A stretch of DNA of 57,080 nucleotides from Clostridia bacterium. GTDB lineage: Bacteria > CBDUZB01 > JAGLHV01. Both the position numbers and the translations under genes were made by a program. Shown here piece by piece: positions 16,797 through 27,494 of this stretch. How positions within the stretch are numbered: position 1 is the first letter of the stretch; every line of letters starts with the position of its first letter. The notes under the pieces were generated by a model. It worked only from the letters and a program-made list of their open reading frames with translations. It did no database searches and was not told the DNA's origin. The stretch covers positions 1 to 57,080 of the forward strand of contig DAOVVV010000015.1 of the NCBI GenBank assembly GCA_030637025.1, in the 5' to 3' direction.

Positions 16797-19249
16797 ATGA
16801 CAATATTTACTAATTTTTTAGGAACGGAGATTACTTTTATGATTTCTTTATCCTGAATATAAGATTTTATTTTATCATCTTCCAGGGATTTTTCCTCTAT
16901 TTCCTTTTGTGACAAATCTGCCGGGAGTAAAATTTTATTTCTTACTTTTCCGTTTACCTGGATTATGATTAAAATTTCCTCTTGCTTAATATATTCCGGA
17001 TTATATTCCGGCCAGGGATGACTCAAAATACTTTCTTTATTTCCCAGGATCCCCCACATTTCCTCACAAATGTGCGGAGTAAAAGGAGAAAGCAACAAAA
17101 CAACCGTTTTCACCGCATCACAGGAAAGTTTATCTCCTAAATTTTTATATTGATATAGATGATTTACCAATTCCATAATCAAGGCAATAGCCGTATTAAA
17201 ATGAAACTCTTTTTCAACATCCCGGGTAACCCGCTTAATAGTTAAATGGGTTTTCCTGAGTAATTCCTTTTGTTCTTTTAAATCTTCTTTACTATTATTA
17301 GCAACTCCTATTTTACTCTCTACTAATTTATTTACCAATCTCCAGACCCGATTTAAAAAACGAAAACTACCCTCCACCCCTTTATCGCTCCACTCCAAAT
17401 CATTCTCCGGAGGAGAGGCAAATAAAATAAATAACCGGGCAGTATCAGCCCCGTATTTTTCTATAATTACACTGGGATCTACTACGTTTCCCAACGATTT
17501 ACTCATTTTCGCTCCGTCCTTAATTACCATCCCCTGGCAAAGCAGTTTCTTAAACGGTTCATCTATATTATGCAATCCTATGTCTCTTAAAACCTTAGTG
17601 AAAAAACGGGCATAGAGTAAATGCAAAACAGCATGTTCTATCCCCCCGATATACTGGTCTACCGGCATCCAATATTCAATTGCTTGTTTATTAAAAGGAA
17701 GAGTAGTTTCACAGGGACAACAATAACGCATAAAATACCAGGAAGAATCGACAAAAGTATCCATAGTATCGGTTTCCCTGCGGGCATCACCCTGACATTG
17801 GGGACATTTACAATGCACAAATTCTTCGCAATGAGCTAAGGGATTTCCCTTACCGGTAAATTTAACTTTTTGGGGTAACCTTACCGGAAGCTCTTCCTGA
17901 AGAACCGGTACAACCCCACATTTCTCACAATAAATAATCGGTATCGGTGCTCCCCAATAACGCTGACGGGAAATCAACCAATCTCTTAATTTATACCGAA
18001 TTGTTTTTTTTCCTTTTCCTTCTTTTTCCAAATATTCGGTGATTTCCTCTAGCGCTTTCGTACTTTTCATTCCGGTAAATTTTTCAGAATTAACCATTAC
18101 CCCTTCTTCTATATATGCCTCTTTCATTTTACCCGAATCTAATTGTTTATCCGGGGGAGTAATCACTACTTTTAAATTAAGACCATACTTAACCGCAAAC
18201 TCAAAATCCCGCTGATCATGACAGGGAACAGCCATCACCGCCCCGGTTCCATAATCCATTAAAACAAAATTAGCTATAAAAATAGGAATTTCTTCTCCTG
18301 TTACAGGATTAACAGCGTAACGGCCGGTAAAGATTCCTTCTTTTTCTTTGTCATCGGCCATACGGGTAAATTTATCTTCAATTATTATCCGGTTAATAAA
18401 TTCCTTTACTTCTTTTTCATGTTTCGTTCCTTTAATTAGCTCTAAAACCTGTGGATGTTCACAGGCAAAATTAAGAAAAGTTACTCCGTATAAAGTATCC
18501 GGCCTGGTAGTAAATACAGGAATTTTTTCCTGACTATCTTTTATGTCAAAATAAATAAGCGTTCCTTCACTTTTACCAATCCAGTTTTTCTGCATTAGTT
18601 TTACGCGTTCCGGCCAGCCATCTAATTGTTTTAAACTATCCAGCAATTCTTCTGCATAAGCTGTTATCTTGAAAAACCATTGTTCTAAATTTTTAATCTC
18701 TACTTCACCGTTACAACGCCAACATTTCCCTTCTTTTGCCTGTTCATTAGCCAATACCGTCTTACAGGAAGGACACCAATTTATCGGGGCTTTTTTCTTA
18801 TAAGCCAGTCCCTTTTGGTAAAACTTTAAAAAGAGCCATTGATTCCAACGATAATATTCCTCATCACAGGTAACCACTAATCTTTCCCAGTCATACCCCA
18901 TACCCAACCTTTTCTGCTGTTCCTGCATAGAAGAAATACATTGTTTGGTCCATGTCTGGGGATGAGAATCATTTTTAATGGCTGCATTTTCTGCAGGTAA
19001 TCCCAATGAATCATAGCCCATCGGATAAAGAACATTAAACCCTCTCATCCGTAAAAATCGATGAAGGGTATCACCGATAGTATAATTGCGTACATGTCCC
19101 ATATGTAATTTTCCGGAAGGATAGGGAAACATTTCCAGAAGATAAAATTTTTTCTTATTCTTATCCTCTTTACACTGAAATATTTTTTCTTCTTTCCAGT
19201 AATTTTGCCATTTTGGTTCTATTTTTTCAAAATCATATTCTCTGTACAT
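16787..19249 (-). CDS. leuS: Leucine--tRNA ligase
   Basis: MFPYPSGKLHMGH, KMSKS, CP1 editing domain. Confidence 0.98.
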   Translation of the reverse strand: MYREYDFEKIEPKWQNYWKEEKIFQCKEDKNKKKFYLLEMFPYPSGKLHMGHVRNYTIGDTLHRFLRMRGFNVLYPMGYDSLGLPAENAAIKNDSHPQTWTKQCISSMQEQQKRLGMGYDWERLVVTCDEEYYRWNQWLFLKFYQKGLAYKKKAPINWCPSCKTVLANEQAKEGKCWRCNGEVEIKNLEQWFFKITAYAEELLDSLKQLDGWPERVKLMQKNWIGKSEGTLIYFDIKDSQEKIPVFTTRPDTLYGVTFLNFACEHPQVLELIKGTKHEKEVKEFINRIIIEDKFTRMADDKEKEGIFTGRYAVNPVTGEEIPIFIANFVLMDYGTGAVMAVPCHDQRDFEFAVKYGLNLKVVITPPDKQLDSGKMKEAYIEEGVMVNSEKFTGMKSTKALEEITEYLEKEGKGKKTIRYKLRDWLISRQRYWGAPIPIIYCEKCGVVPVLQEELPVRLPQKVKFTGKGNPLAHCEEFVHCKCPQCQGDARRETDTMDTFVDSSWYFMRYCCPCETTLPFNKQAIEYWMPVDQYIGGIEHAVLHLLYARFFTKVLRDIGLHNIDEPFKKLLCQGMVIKDGAKMSKSLGNVVDPSVIIEKYGADTARLFILFASPPENDLEWSDKGVEGSFRFLNRVWRLVNKLVESKIGVANNSKEDLKEQKELLRKTHLTIKRVTRDVEKEFHFNTAIALIMELVNHLYQYKNLGDKLSCDAVKTVVLLLSPFTPHICEEMWGILGNKESILSHPWPEYNPEYIKQEEILIIIQVNGKVRNKILLPADLSQKEIEEKSLEDDKIKSYIQDKEIIKVISVPKKLVNIVIKL

Positions 19250-19293
19250 CTTTTTTCCCTTTCCAATTATAAAGATTATTTAAAAACAACAGA

Positions 19294-19445
19294 TAAAGAC
19301 AGGCACAAAGGCATCAAGGCACTAAGGCACAAAGTTAAAAGACAAAAAACTAAGATAAAAAACAAAAAATAAAGGCTAAATGTGTTTTGAACGATTTAGC
19401 GAATTTTTCGCGTAGGGGTCCCGGGCAACCAAGGGTCGCCCCTAC
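19294..19445. repeat. AGGCACAA octamer repeat block, MITE left end and GTAGGGG..CCCCTAC REP doublet
   Basis: 19294-19345 nearly identical to 53831-53883; 19368-19408 matches the 28393 element end; IR at 19412-19445. Confidence 0.65.
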
Positions 19446-19447
19446 AT

Positions 19448-20449
19448 TTAAATAACGATATTAATCTTTTCACCGCATCTACTGCAATGTCCCTCTTCCA
19501 GGTTAATCAATTTAACATCATATCCTTTTCGCTCAATAAGCACTACCTCACACCCCGGACAAAAAGTCGAGGATGATTCTTCTTCCATAACATTTCCCAA
19601 ATAAACATAATTTAATTTTTTCAAAGCAATCTCTCTTGCCCTCTGCAGAACCGGCCAGGGAGTTGCTTCCTGCGTCATTTTGTAACAAGGAAAATAACGT
19701 GTAAAATGAAGAGGAATATCAGGGGATAAAGAATAAACCCAATCTATAAGATCCTCTATTACTTCTTCCCGGTCATTTAAACCGGGAATTAACAGATTAG
19801 TAAATTCTATATGCTTGTTATGACGATACATTATTTCTGCCGTCCGTAAAACATCACTAAGTGTCCCTTTGCAATATTCCCGGTAAAAATCATTTCGGAA
19901 AGATTTTACATCGATGTTCGCCGCATCAATATAAGGCAAAAGATTAACTAAGGGAGCTTCATTAATATATCCGTTAGTAATCAACACATTTTTTAGGCCA
20001 CACTTTTGTGCCTCAATAGCTGTCTCCAGTAAGTATTCATAATTTATTAACGGTTCATTATAAGTATATGCAATTCCTATGGAACCACAACTTTTAGCTA
20101 AACGGATTGTCTCTTCCGTAGTTATCTCCCGGAGACACCCTTCCCCAGCCTCTCTCTGGGAAATTCCCCAATTCTGGCAAAACCGACAATGCAAATTACA
20201 GCCTACATTGCCTAATGATAATATTTTATGCCCGGGGAAAAAATGATACAACGGCTTTTTTTCCATCGGATCCATTCCTGCTGAAACATATCGATTATAG
20301 GCTAAGGCATATAACTTTCCTTCTATATTTTTTCTTACCCGGCAATTTCCCAAATTACCATCTTCAATAATACATTTATGGGGACACAAAAAACATTGTA
20401 CTTTTTTACTTTCTTCATCGATTAACGAAAAATATGCGGCTTCCTTCAT
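19448..20449 (-). CDS. amrS: AmmeMemoRadiSam system radical SAM enzyme
   Basis: CFLCPHKC, DPMEKKPLYHF, GCNLHCRFCQNWGISQ, AYTYNEP. Confidence 0.9.
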   Translation of the reverse strand: MKEAAYFSLIDEESKKVQCFLCPHKCIIEDGNLGNCRVRKNIEGKLYALAYNRYVSAGMDPMEKKPLYHFFPGHKILSLGNVGCNLHCRFCQNWGISQREAGEGCLREITTEETIRLAKSCGSIGIAYTYNEPLINYEYLLETAIEAQKCGLKNVLITNGYINEAPLVNLLPYIDAANIDVKSFRNDFYREYCKGTLSDVLRTAEIMYRHNKHIEFTNLLIPGLNDREEVIEDLIDWVYSLSPDIPLHFTRYFPCYKMTQEATPWPVLQRAREIALKKLNYVYLGNVMEEESSSTFCPGCEVVLIERKGYDVKLINLEEGHCSRCGEKINIVI

Positions 20450-20462
20450 TAATTAATCCTTT

Positions 20463-21269
20463 TTATTTTTGTAAATGAATCAACTGTTCCCTGTTTCCTG
20501 CTGCACTCTTAATGGGTGCAGGTACAACCCCTTTTACTTTAAAATTTAAACCGCAGGAAAATTGCTTAATTTTTGCTATTACTTCCTTTATAACCTCTTT
20601 ATCTCTTACTATTCCTTTTTTTATTTCTTTTCTCTCCGCTTCAAATTGCGGCTTAATTAAAGCAATAACATCAGCTTTTTCTTTGATTATTTGATAGACC
20701 GGAAGTAAAACCTTGCTTAAAGAAATAAAAGAAACATCCACCACCGCTAAGTCCGGAAGATTTTTTTCATTAATATCAACATCATCAAAACCGTATACTT
20801 TTAAAGCATCTTCATTAAATTTATCTTTTAATATTTGCAGGAATTTTTCACGGTTAAAATATCTAATATTTGTTTTCTCTATGTTCACTACCCGGGAATC
20901 ATTGCGTAATTTCCAGTCAAGCTGTCCATAACCGACATCAATAGCATAAACTATTTTTGCACCATATTGAAGCAAGCAATCGGTAAATCCACCCGTAGAT
21001 GCCCCTACATCCAGGCAAACTCTGTTTTTTATATCTATATTGAAACTTTCCAAAGCCGCTTTTAATTTTATCCCTCCCCTGGATACATAGGGAATATCTT
21101 TTTTTTTCAGGCAAATATCTGCATCATCTTTAATCAAAGTGCCTGCTTTATCTATTTTTTTTCCATTTACAAAAACCATCCCGGCCATAATAAGAGCTTT
21201 AGCTCTTTCCCTGCTTTGTACCAGGCCCTTATCTACTAATATTTTATCCAAACGACTTTTATCATCCAT
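20463..21269 (-). CDS. tlyA: TlyA-family rRNA (cytidine-2'-O)-methyltransferase
   Basis: S4 domain RLD, YVSRGGIKL, LDVGASTGGFTD, DVSFISL, LIKPQFEA; start at MDDKS overlapping the dxs stop. Confidence 0.95.
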   Translation of the reverse strand: MDDKSRLDKILVDKGLVQSRERAKALIMAGMVFVNGKKIDKAGTLIKDDADICLKKKDIPYVSRGGIKLKAALESFNIDIKNRVCLDVGASTGGFTDCLLQYGAKIVYAIDVGYGQLDWKLRNDSRVVNIEKTNIRYFNREKFLQILKDKFNEDALKVYGFDDVDINEKNLPDLAVVDVSFISLSKVLLPVYQIIKEKADVIALIKPQFEAERKEIKKGIVRDKEVIKEVIAKIKQFSCGLNFKVKGVVPAPIKSAAGNREQLIHLQK

Positions 21270-23139
21270 TTTTTTTGTGCTTTTTATAAAAATTCTTAAC
21301 TTCCTGAGCAATTTTTTCCATAGTTAATCCATATTTCCGGCGAATTATCTCACATTTTCCTTGTTCAATAAATACATCAGGAAGGCCGATACTCTTTATA
21401 AACATTTTTTCCCCATTAAAAAATTCAGATATAGCACTACCAAACCCCCCGGACAAAACATTTTCTTCTACAGTAACTATCAGTTTGCTTTTTTTAGCTA
21501 TCAGATCAAGTGTTTTTTTATCTAAGGGCTTTAAAAAACGCATATTAACTATTCCACAAGATATTCCTTCTTCTACTTGTAATTTCTGTGCAGCCAAAAG
21601 TGAAGGGTAAACCATATTCCCTATAGCTAAAATATTTATCTGATTTCCTAAAGTTAAAATTTCCGCTTCCGACAAAGATAAGGCTTTTAACTGGCTGTCC
21701 ATTTTTACCCCTTCTCCTTTTCCTCTGGGAAATCTTATGGCACAGGGTAAATCAAAAGAAAAAGCAGTATACAACATATGTTGTAGTTCATTTTCATCTT
21801 TAGGGGCCATCACTATTAAATTAGGAATCATTCTCAGATAGGATAAATCAAAAACTCCCTGATGAGTAGGTCCGTCATCACCCACAATACCTCCCCGGTC
21901 AAGAGCGAAAACAACCGGTAATTTCTGCAGACACACATCGTGAATAATCTGATCAAAGCTCCTTTGTAAAAAAGTAGAATAAATAGCACAAACAGGTTTT
22001 AACCCCTCTGCTGCCAATCCCGCAGCAAAGGTTACTGCGTGTTGTTCGGCAATTCCTACATCATAAAATCGGTCCGGAAATTGCTTTTCGAAAAGATTTA
22101 AACCGGTACCATCAGTCATCGCTGCTGTAATTGCGACTATATCCTTGTTTTCTTTAGCTAAGGTAAGCATGGTAGAAGTAAAAACTTCCGTATAAGTAGG
22201 AATCTTATTCTTAGAATTAGTTTTCTTTTTTGTTCCTGTAGTTATATCAAAAGGACTTACCCCATGAAAAGCCGTGGGTTTTTCTTCTGCCGGAGGATAT
22301 CCTTTTCCTTTTTTAGTAATAATGTGCAATAAAATAGGTCCTTTTAAATCCTTTATTTTACTCAAAATATCAATCATCTGATTCATATCATGTCCATCAA
22401 TAGGGCCAAAATAAGCAAAACCCATCTCTTCAAAAAGCATTCCCGGAAATAAGAGGACTTTAAATCTCTTGGCTATTCTTACTAAATTTATTCCCCAAAA
22501 AGAAATTCTTTTAAGCAATTTATATGCTTTCTTCTCTAGTTTTTTTACTAAACCCAAAGTCATTAATTTAGCTAAATAACCGGCAAAAGCTCCTATCTTA
22601 TGTGAAATAAACATTTCGTTATCATTTAAAATCACTAATAAATCCGTAGCTATATGACCGGCATTATTTAATCCTTCAAAAACCATCCCTCCGGTCATTG
22701 CCCCATCCCCAATTACTACCGCTACCTTGGATTCTTCTCCCTTAATATCCCGTGCACAAGCAAAACCCAATCCTGCCGAGATAGAAGTAGAACTATGCCC
22801 TACCCCAAAAGCATCATAAACACTTTCTTCCCTTTTAGGAAAACCGCTTATCCCTTCAAACTGACGAAGAGTAGAAAAAAGTTTTTTTCTTCCGGTTAAT
22901 AATTTATGAGGATAACATTGATGCCCGACATCCCATATTATCTTATCCTGGGGAAGATTAAAAACATAATGTAAAGCAATAGATAACTCCACCACACCTA
23001 AACTCCCAGCCAAATGCCCCCCGGTAACTGATACGGTTTTTATTATTTCCTCGCGAATTTCTTTGGCTAATTCAGGAAATAATTCTCTTCTTATCAATTT
23101 TAAGTCTTTGGGACTTTCTATTTTTTCTAAAATACTCAC
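21262..23139 (-). CDS. dxs: 1-deoxy-D-xylulose-5-phosphate synthase
   Basis: WDVGHQ, GDGAMTGG, DVGIAEQH, DGPTHQG. Confidence 0.97.
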   Translation of the reverse strand: MSILEKIESPKDLKLIRRELFPELAKEIREEIIKTVSVTGGHLAGSLGVVELSIALHYVFNLPQDKIIWDVGHQCYPHKLLTGRKKLFSTLRQFEGISGFPKREESVYDAFGVGHSSTSISAGLGFACARDIKGEESKVAVVIGDGAMTGGMVFEGLNNAGHIATDLLVILNDNEMFISHKIGAFAGYLAKLMTLGLVKKLEKKAYKLLKRISFWGINLVRIAKRFKVLLFPGMLFEEMGFAYFGPIDGHDMNQMIDILSKIKDLKGPILLHIITKKGKGYPPAEEKPTAFHGVSPFDITTGTKKKTNSKNKIPTYTEVFTSTMLTLAKENKDIVAITAAMTDGTGLNLFEKQFPDRFYDVGIAEQHAVTFAAGLAAEGLKPVCAIYSTFLQRSFDQIIHDVCLQKLPVVFALDRGGIVGDDGPTHQGVFDLSYLRMIPNLIVMAPKDENELQHMLYTAFSFDLPCAIRFPRGKGEGVKMDSQLKALSLSEAEILTLGNQINILAIGNMVYPSLLAAQKLQVEEGISCGIVNMRFLKPLDKKTLDLIAKKSKLIVTVEENVLSGGFGSAISEFFNGEKMFIKSIGLPDVFIEQGKCEIIRRKYGLTMEKIAQEVKNFYKKHKKNG

Positions 23140-23231
23140 TTCTTCCCTCCCTAAAAAAATTCCTTGATTTTCTCATCTATACAGCTTTATAATCTATTTA
23201 TTATGTCTTTTTTTTCTTAAAAAGTACAGAA

Positions 23232-24134
23232 TTAATATTCTCTATTTATTATATAATCGGCTATTTTATGTAAAATGTCTGCTTTTTCTCCAAAAACGGT
23301 CAAGTTCTCTTTTGCTTTCTCTATCAGCTTTTTTGCTTTTTTGTTTGATTTTTCCACTCCATAAATTAAAGGATAAGTCAGTTTATTATTATCACTATCA
23401 CTTCCTCTTTTACCTAATTTTTCCTTGTTTCCGATAACATCCAACACATCGTCCATAATTTGAAAAGCTAAACCTATATTTTCACCATATTTTTCCAAAG
23501 CTTCAATCTTTCTTACCGGTGCCTTTACCGCCATTGCTCCTATCTTTAAACCTGTTTTTATTAACGCCCCTGTTTTGCAAGTATGAATATAGTTTATCTT
23601 TCCGGCAATTTTTATCCTCTCCTTTTTAAATTTTAATTTTTTTATCCTACATTTTGAATTTTGTATGTCTTCTACCTGCCCCCCCAGCATTTTTTCTTTA
23701 CCTGCGGCTTTGGCTAATTCCCCAATCAATTCTTTTTTTACCCAGGGGTCATCAGCGACAATCTGAAAGGCATAGGTTAACAAGGCATCCCCGGCAAGAA
23801 TGGCCATTGCTTCTCCAAACTTTTTATGACAGGTCAGTTTATTGCGGCGATAATCATCATTATCCATCGCCGGCAAATCATCGTGAATTAATGAATAGGT
23901 ATGAATCATTTCCAAAGCACAGGCCGGCCCTAACGCTTTTTTATATTCGGCTTTTCTGCATATCTCTGCCGAACATAAAACTAAAATAGGTCTTAACCTT
24001 TTCCCTCCGGAAAAAACACTGTATCGCATAGCCCGCTGAATAATACGAGGAGATTTACTGTTAAACTTTAAATATTCATTTAAAGCACAATTAATAATTT
24101 CTTTTCTTTTCTTAAGGTTTTGTTTTAAATCCAT
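23232..24134 (-). CDS. ispA: Farnesyl/geranylgeranyl diphosphate synthase
   Basis: GGKRLRP, LIHDDLPAMDNDDYRR, FQIMDDVLD. Confidence 0.95.
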   Translation of the reverse strand: MDLKQNLKKRKEIINCALNEYLKFNSKSPRIIQRAMRYSVFSGGKRLRPILVLCSAEICRKAEYKKALGPACALEMIHTYSLIHDDLPAMDNDDYRRNKLTCHKKFGEAMAILAGDALLTYAFQIVADDPWVKKELIGELAKAAGKEKMLGGQVEDIQNSKCRIKKLKFKKERIKIAGKINYIHTCKTGALIKTGLKIGAMAVKAPVRKIEALEKYGENIGLAFQIMDDVLDVIGNKEKLGKRGSDSDNNKLTYPLIYGVEKSNKKAKKLIEKAKENLTVFGEKADILHKIADYIINREY

Positions 24135-24153
24135 TTTTTATTCCTTAAAATAA

Positions 24154-24396
24154 TTAGTCTGTAAAATATTCTTCTTTTTGTAATTTTCCTTCTTTGTTAG
24201 TAAGTATTTCTATTTTTTTCTTAACTTCGTTTAATTTTGTGGAACAAAATCCGGATAATTTTATTCCCTCTTCAAATAATTTTAACGATTCTTCCAATTC
24301 ATTTTCGTTCTGCTCCAGTTTTTGAACAATTTCTTCTAATCTCTTTAAAGCCTTTTCAAATTTTATTTCTTTTTTAACCATATTTTTTTCCTCCAA
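24154..24396 (-). CDS. xseB: Exodeoxyribonuclease VII small subunit
   Basis: FEKALKRLEEIV..LEESLKLFEEG; follows xseA. Confidence 0.95.
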   Translation of the reverse strand: MEEKNMVKKEIKFEKALKRLEEIVQKLEQNENELEESLKLFEEGIKLSGFCSTKLNEVKKKIEILTNKEGKLQKEEYFTD

Positions 24397-24446
24397 CTAT
24401 TAATTAGTAATATCAAATCAGTCAATGCACTCCAAAAAAACTTATT

Positions 24447-25661
24447 TTAAATATGTTTTTCAATTTTCCGTATTACTTCACAAATCATCTCTCCCTGAAA
24501 AAGCCTTATTTTTATTTTATCATTTATCTTTACTTCTTCAGTATTTTTTAAAATAGTATTTTGCGGCAATTTCCAGCTAATACTATACCCCCGGGCTAAA
24601 ACAGCCAGAGGATTTAAAATATTTAATTTCTCCAGCAAAGAAACAAATGATTTTTCTTTATTATTAAAAAGGTACTTAAAGTTATTATTTAATCCTTCAT
24701 CAAGATAATCTATTTCCTGTTGTTTCCGGTCAATAAAATTAAAAGGGTTAAGAAAAACACTGCTCTGATTGAGTCGGGAAAAAGATTCCACCAAATAATT
24801 TAATTTATATTGAATATTACGGGTAAGCTGCATTTGATAATTTTTTAAACGATAAAGTAATTCCTCTTTGTTTTTTACGACTAACTCCGCTGCTGCCGAA
24901 GGAGTGGGGGCGCGTAAATCAGCAACAAAATCAGCAATAGTATAATCTATTTCATGCCCTACCGCTGAAATAACAGGAATTTTAGAACGATAAATAGCAC
25001 GAGCAACAATTTCTTCATTAAAGGCCCATAAATCTTCATACGAGCCTCCACCGCGACCTACAATCAGCACATCCAAATAAGAAAAATTACCATTTAAATT
25101 ATCTATTGCCCCGGCAATCTCCCCTGCCGCATTATCCCCCTGTACACAGACAGGATAAATTAATATCTCGACATTCGCAAAACGCCGTTCAATTACGGCT
25201 AAAATATCCCTAATGGCCGCTCCCGTAGGGGAAGTTACCACTCCTATTTTCTGTGGTAAAAAAAGAATCTTTTGTTTTTTCTCTGCATCAAACAACCCTT
25301 CTTTGTTTAATCTTTCCTTTAATTGTTCAAAAGCAAGCTGTAACGCTCCTTTCCCCTGTGGTTCCATTAAAGAAATAATTATCTGATATTGTCCCCGTTT
25401 AGTAAAACAGGTTAATTTCCCCTTAACCCTTACTTTCATTCCATCTTCCGGCACGAACTTTAAAGCAAAGGACATACCTCTATAAATTATTGCACTTATT
25501 TGAGCAGTTTCATCTTTTAATGAAAAATACATATGCCCTGAAGAATGCAATTTAAAATTGGATATTTCCCCTTCTATCCATACCTCGGAAAAAGAATCTT
25601 CCAATAATTTTTTTGCCAGCTGATTGATTTGGGTTATAGTATAAATTTTTCTATTTTTCAT
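24447..25661 (-). CDS. xseA: Exodeoxyribonuclease VII large subunit
   Basis: GEISNF..SGHMYFSLKD, GRGGGS.EDLWAFN, SAVGHE, PTPSAAAE. Confidence 0.96.
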   Translation of the reverse strand: MKNRKIYTITQINQLAKKLLEDSFSEVWIEGEISNFKLHSSGHMYFSLKDETAQISAIIYRGMSFALKFVPEDGMKVRVKGKLTCFTKRGQYQIIISLMEPQGKGALQLAFEQLKERLNKEGLFDAEKKQKILFLPQKIGVVTSPTGAAIRDILAVIERRFANVEILIYPVCVQGDNAAGEIAGAIDNLNGNFSYLDVLIVGRGGGSYEDLWAFNEEIVARAIYRSKIPVISAVGHEIDYTIADFVADLRAPTPSAAAELVVKNKEELLYRLKNYQMQLTRNIQYKLNYLVESFSRLNQSSVFLNPFNFIDRKQQEIDYLDEGLNNNFKYLFNNKEKSFVSLLEKLNILNPLAVLARGYSISWKLPQNTILKNTEEVKINDKIKIRLFQGEMICEVIRKIEKHI

Positions 25662-25712
25662 TTTTATAATTCTTTTTTCCAATTTACAATGAATATTCCC
25701 TGCAAACTAAAA

Positions 25713-26381
25713 CTACTTGTTAAATAAAGAAACCGGCACAATTGTTTTCCCCCCCAACGCATCCCTATATACATCTTTTTCCCGGTCAAAATAAAAAGGG
25801 ATACCCACCATTTTGGAAGAAACAATTTTAATTTTATAATTAATCTTAATCAAAGGAACAATTTTTTCGTTTTCTAAAGACAAAAAAATTAATTCGACTA
25901 AATCTTCCGCTTCCGGCCTGGATAAAAAACATTTTTGCATCGGATAGAAATCAGAGCTTAAATTATATTCAGGGCAAAAACGCATAAACAAATTGGAGGT
26001 CCGGTTAATATAACCAAAATCATCCGTTCCCCACAGTCCTACTACATGATATTGCCATAAACCTTGTTTATTTTGGGATAAAGAAAACTGAGAAAACCTT
26101 TCCTGTTTCAATCCGGCAAAAAATTCAATATCTACCAGAAAAGACCAAAAAGGGAAAAAAAGATATTCCTCTTTTTCTTTTTCAATTACCGGGACAGCAA
26201 ACTCTACAGAAAGCACTTCCAGCTCACCTTCTTTTAGATATAGCGCCGTCTTACAATTATTACAATAATAAACCTGTTCCCCTTCCACAGCTTGCAGTTC
26301 AATACCACACTGAGAACATTTTAAAGGAATAATACAAATATTTTGTTTTTTCATAAATCTGTCACCACTTTTTGCTTCCAA
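25713..26381 (-). CDS. Zinc-ribbon protein (soluble paralogue)
   Basis: CSQC..CNNC, FFPFW and IPFY..DALGG motifs; probable start at 26354. Confidence 0.75.
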   Translation of the reverse strand: MEAKSGDRFMKKQNICIIPLKCSQCGIELQAVEGEQVYYCNNCKTALYLKEGELEVLSVEFAVPVIEKEKEEYLFFPFWSFLVDIEFFAGLKQERFSQFSLSQNKQGLWQYHVVGLWGTDDFGYINRTSNLFMRFCPEYNLSSDFYPMQKCFLSRPEAEDLVELIFLSLENEKIVPLIKINYKIKIVSSKMVGIPFYFDREKDVYRDALGGKTIVPVSLFNK

Positions 26382-27492
26382 AATTAAAAAAACCTTTTCC
26401 CCACTCTTGTGCTAAAGTACCAACATCAGCCCAGATATTTCTTGCCGGGGCATATCCCGCATCCACACGTAACCCATTTTTTACTACTACCTCATCCGAA
26501 AAACGAAAAGACTTAACCCCCGCTTTAAAATAACCAAATAAAATAGATCCTAACAAAAACAAACCAAAAACAAACCACCCTCTCATTAGCAATAAAGCGT
26601 TTATTAAATTACCGGGTTGCTGAATAAGACTGGTTAATAGAAAATTAATTACGGCAATTACAATCAAAAAATTAACTACCCGATAATGAGAATTTCCGGG
26701 AAAATGGGCATAAACAATTTTTTCCTCCACTCCATCCATCGAAACTAAATATCTCGCTCCTTTATAATCATATCTTATTATCCATAAAGGATAATAAATC
26801 AACATTTTTTTAGTAGAAATTTTTTTAACCATTTGAAAAAAATTTGAGGTGGACCTCTTTAAAGGAAGGTTTCCCAGCAATAATTTTTCTTTTTTCTCCA
26901 AAATAGATTCCGCGGGAATAGTCACATCAAAGACCATTGCCTCCGCTTGTAGTTTCTCCTCCTCTAAAACTTTTAATCCCCTTTTTAAACTATTTTGCGA
27001 TATTTTAATATATTCACTTCCAAAATCAGTTATTCCACAAGCAGGAACAATCCATTCTCCGAAACGTAAAATAGGTTTTGCTTCCCGCCTTGAAACACTT
27101 TTAGTCCCTCCTTTAAATCCATAATTATCCATAGCATAATAACAGTTCCCGCCATAATAACTGCGCCTCTTATATTCTTTTTTCATAAAACGCCAGCCGA
27201 TTGCTTTAAAAGACAATTTCCAAAGCGGAATATATACTAACTTAACACTTTTCACCTTACTTAACCCAATATCATTAGCCGTATCATCCCGGTCAAACCA
27301 TTTTTTTACTCTCAAAACTGCTTTAGATTTATTTACCAGCGGAGAAATATATAATTTACTTACTCCTTCACCGCCTTTAATTAATAAACAAGAGGAACAA
27401 GCACTGCACCCTATAATCTGCTGCCCTTCTTTTATTTTCAAAGAATAACCACACTGGGGACAATTTAAAGTAATTACTACCATTTCTTTCAT
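26362..27492 (-). CDS. Zinc-ribbon protein with two C-terminal TM helices
   Basis: CPQC..CSAC, YIPLW, YYPLW..Y.Y.G..MDGV motifs. Confidence 0.78.
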   Translation of the reverse strand: MKEMVVITLNCPQCGYSLKIKEGQQIIGCSACSSCLLIKGGEGVSKLYISPLVNKSKAVLRVKKWFDRDDTANDIGLSKVKSVKLVYIPLWKLSFKAIGWRFMKKEYKRRSYYGGNCYYAMDNYGFKGGTKSVSRREAKPILRFGEWIVPACGITDFGSEYIKISQNSLKRGLKVLEEEKLQAEAMVFDVTIPAESILEKKEKLLLGNLPLKRSTSNFFQMVKKISTKKMLIYYPLWIIRYDYKGARYLVSMDGVEEKIVYAHFPGNSHYRVVNFLIVIAVINFLLTSLIQQPGNLINALLLMRGWFVFGLFLLGSILFGYFKAGVKSFRFSDEVVVKNGLRVDAGYAPARNIWADVGTLAQEWGKGFFNFGSKKW

Positions 27493-27494
27493 TG

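Noticed and set aside
19448-20449. amrS without amrA/amrB partners
   Set aside because: These genes are often unlinked; absence from one window is uninformative
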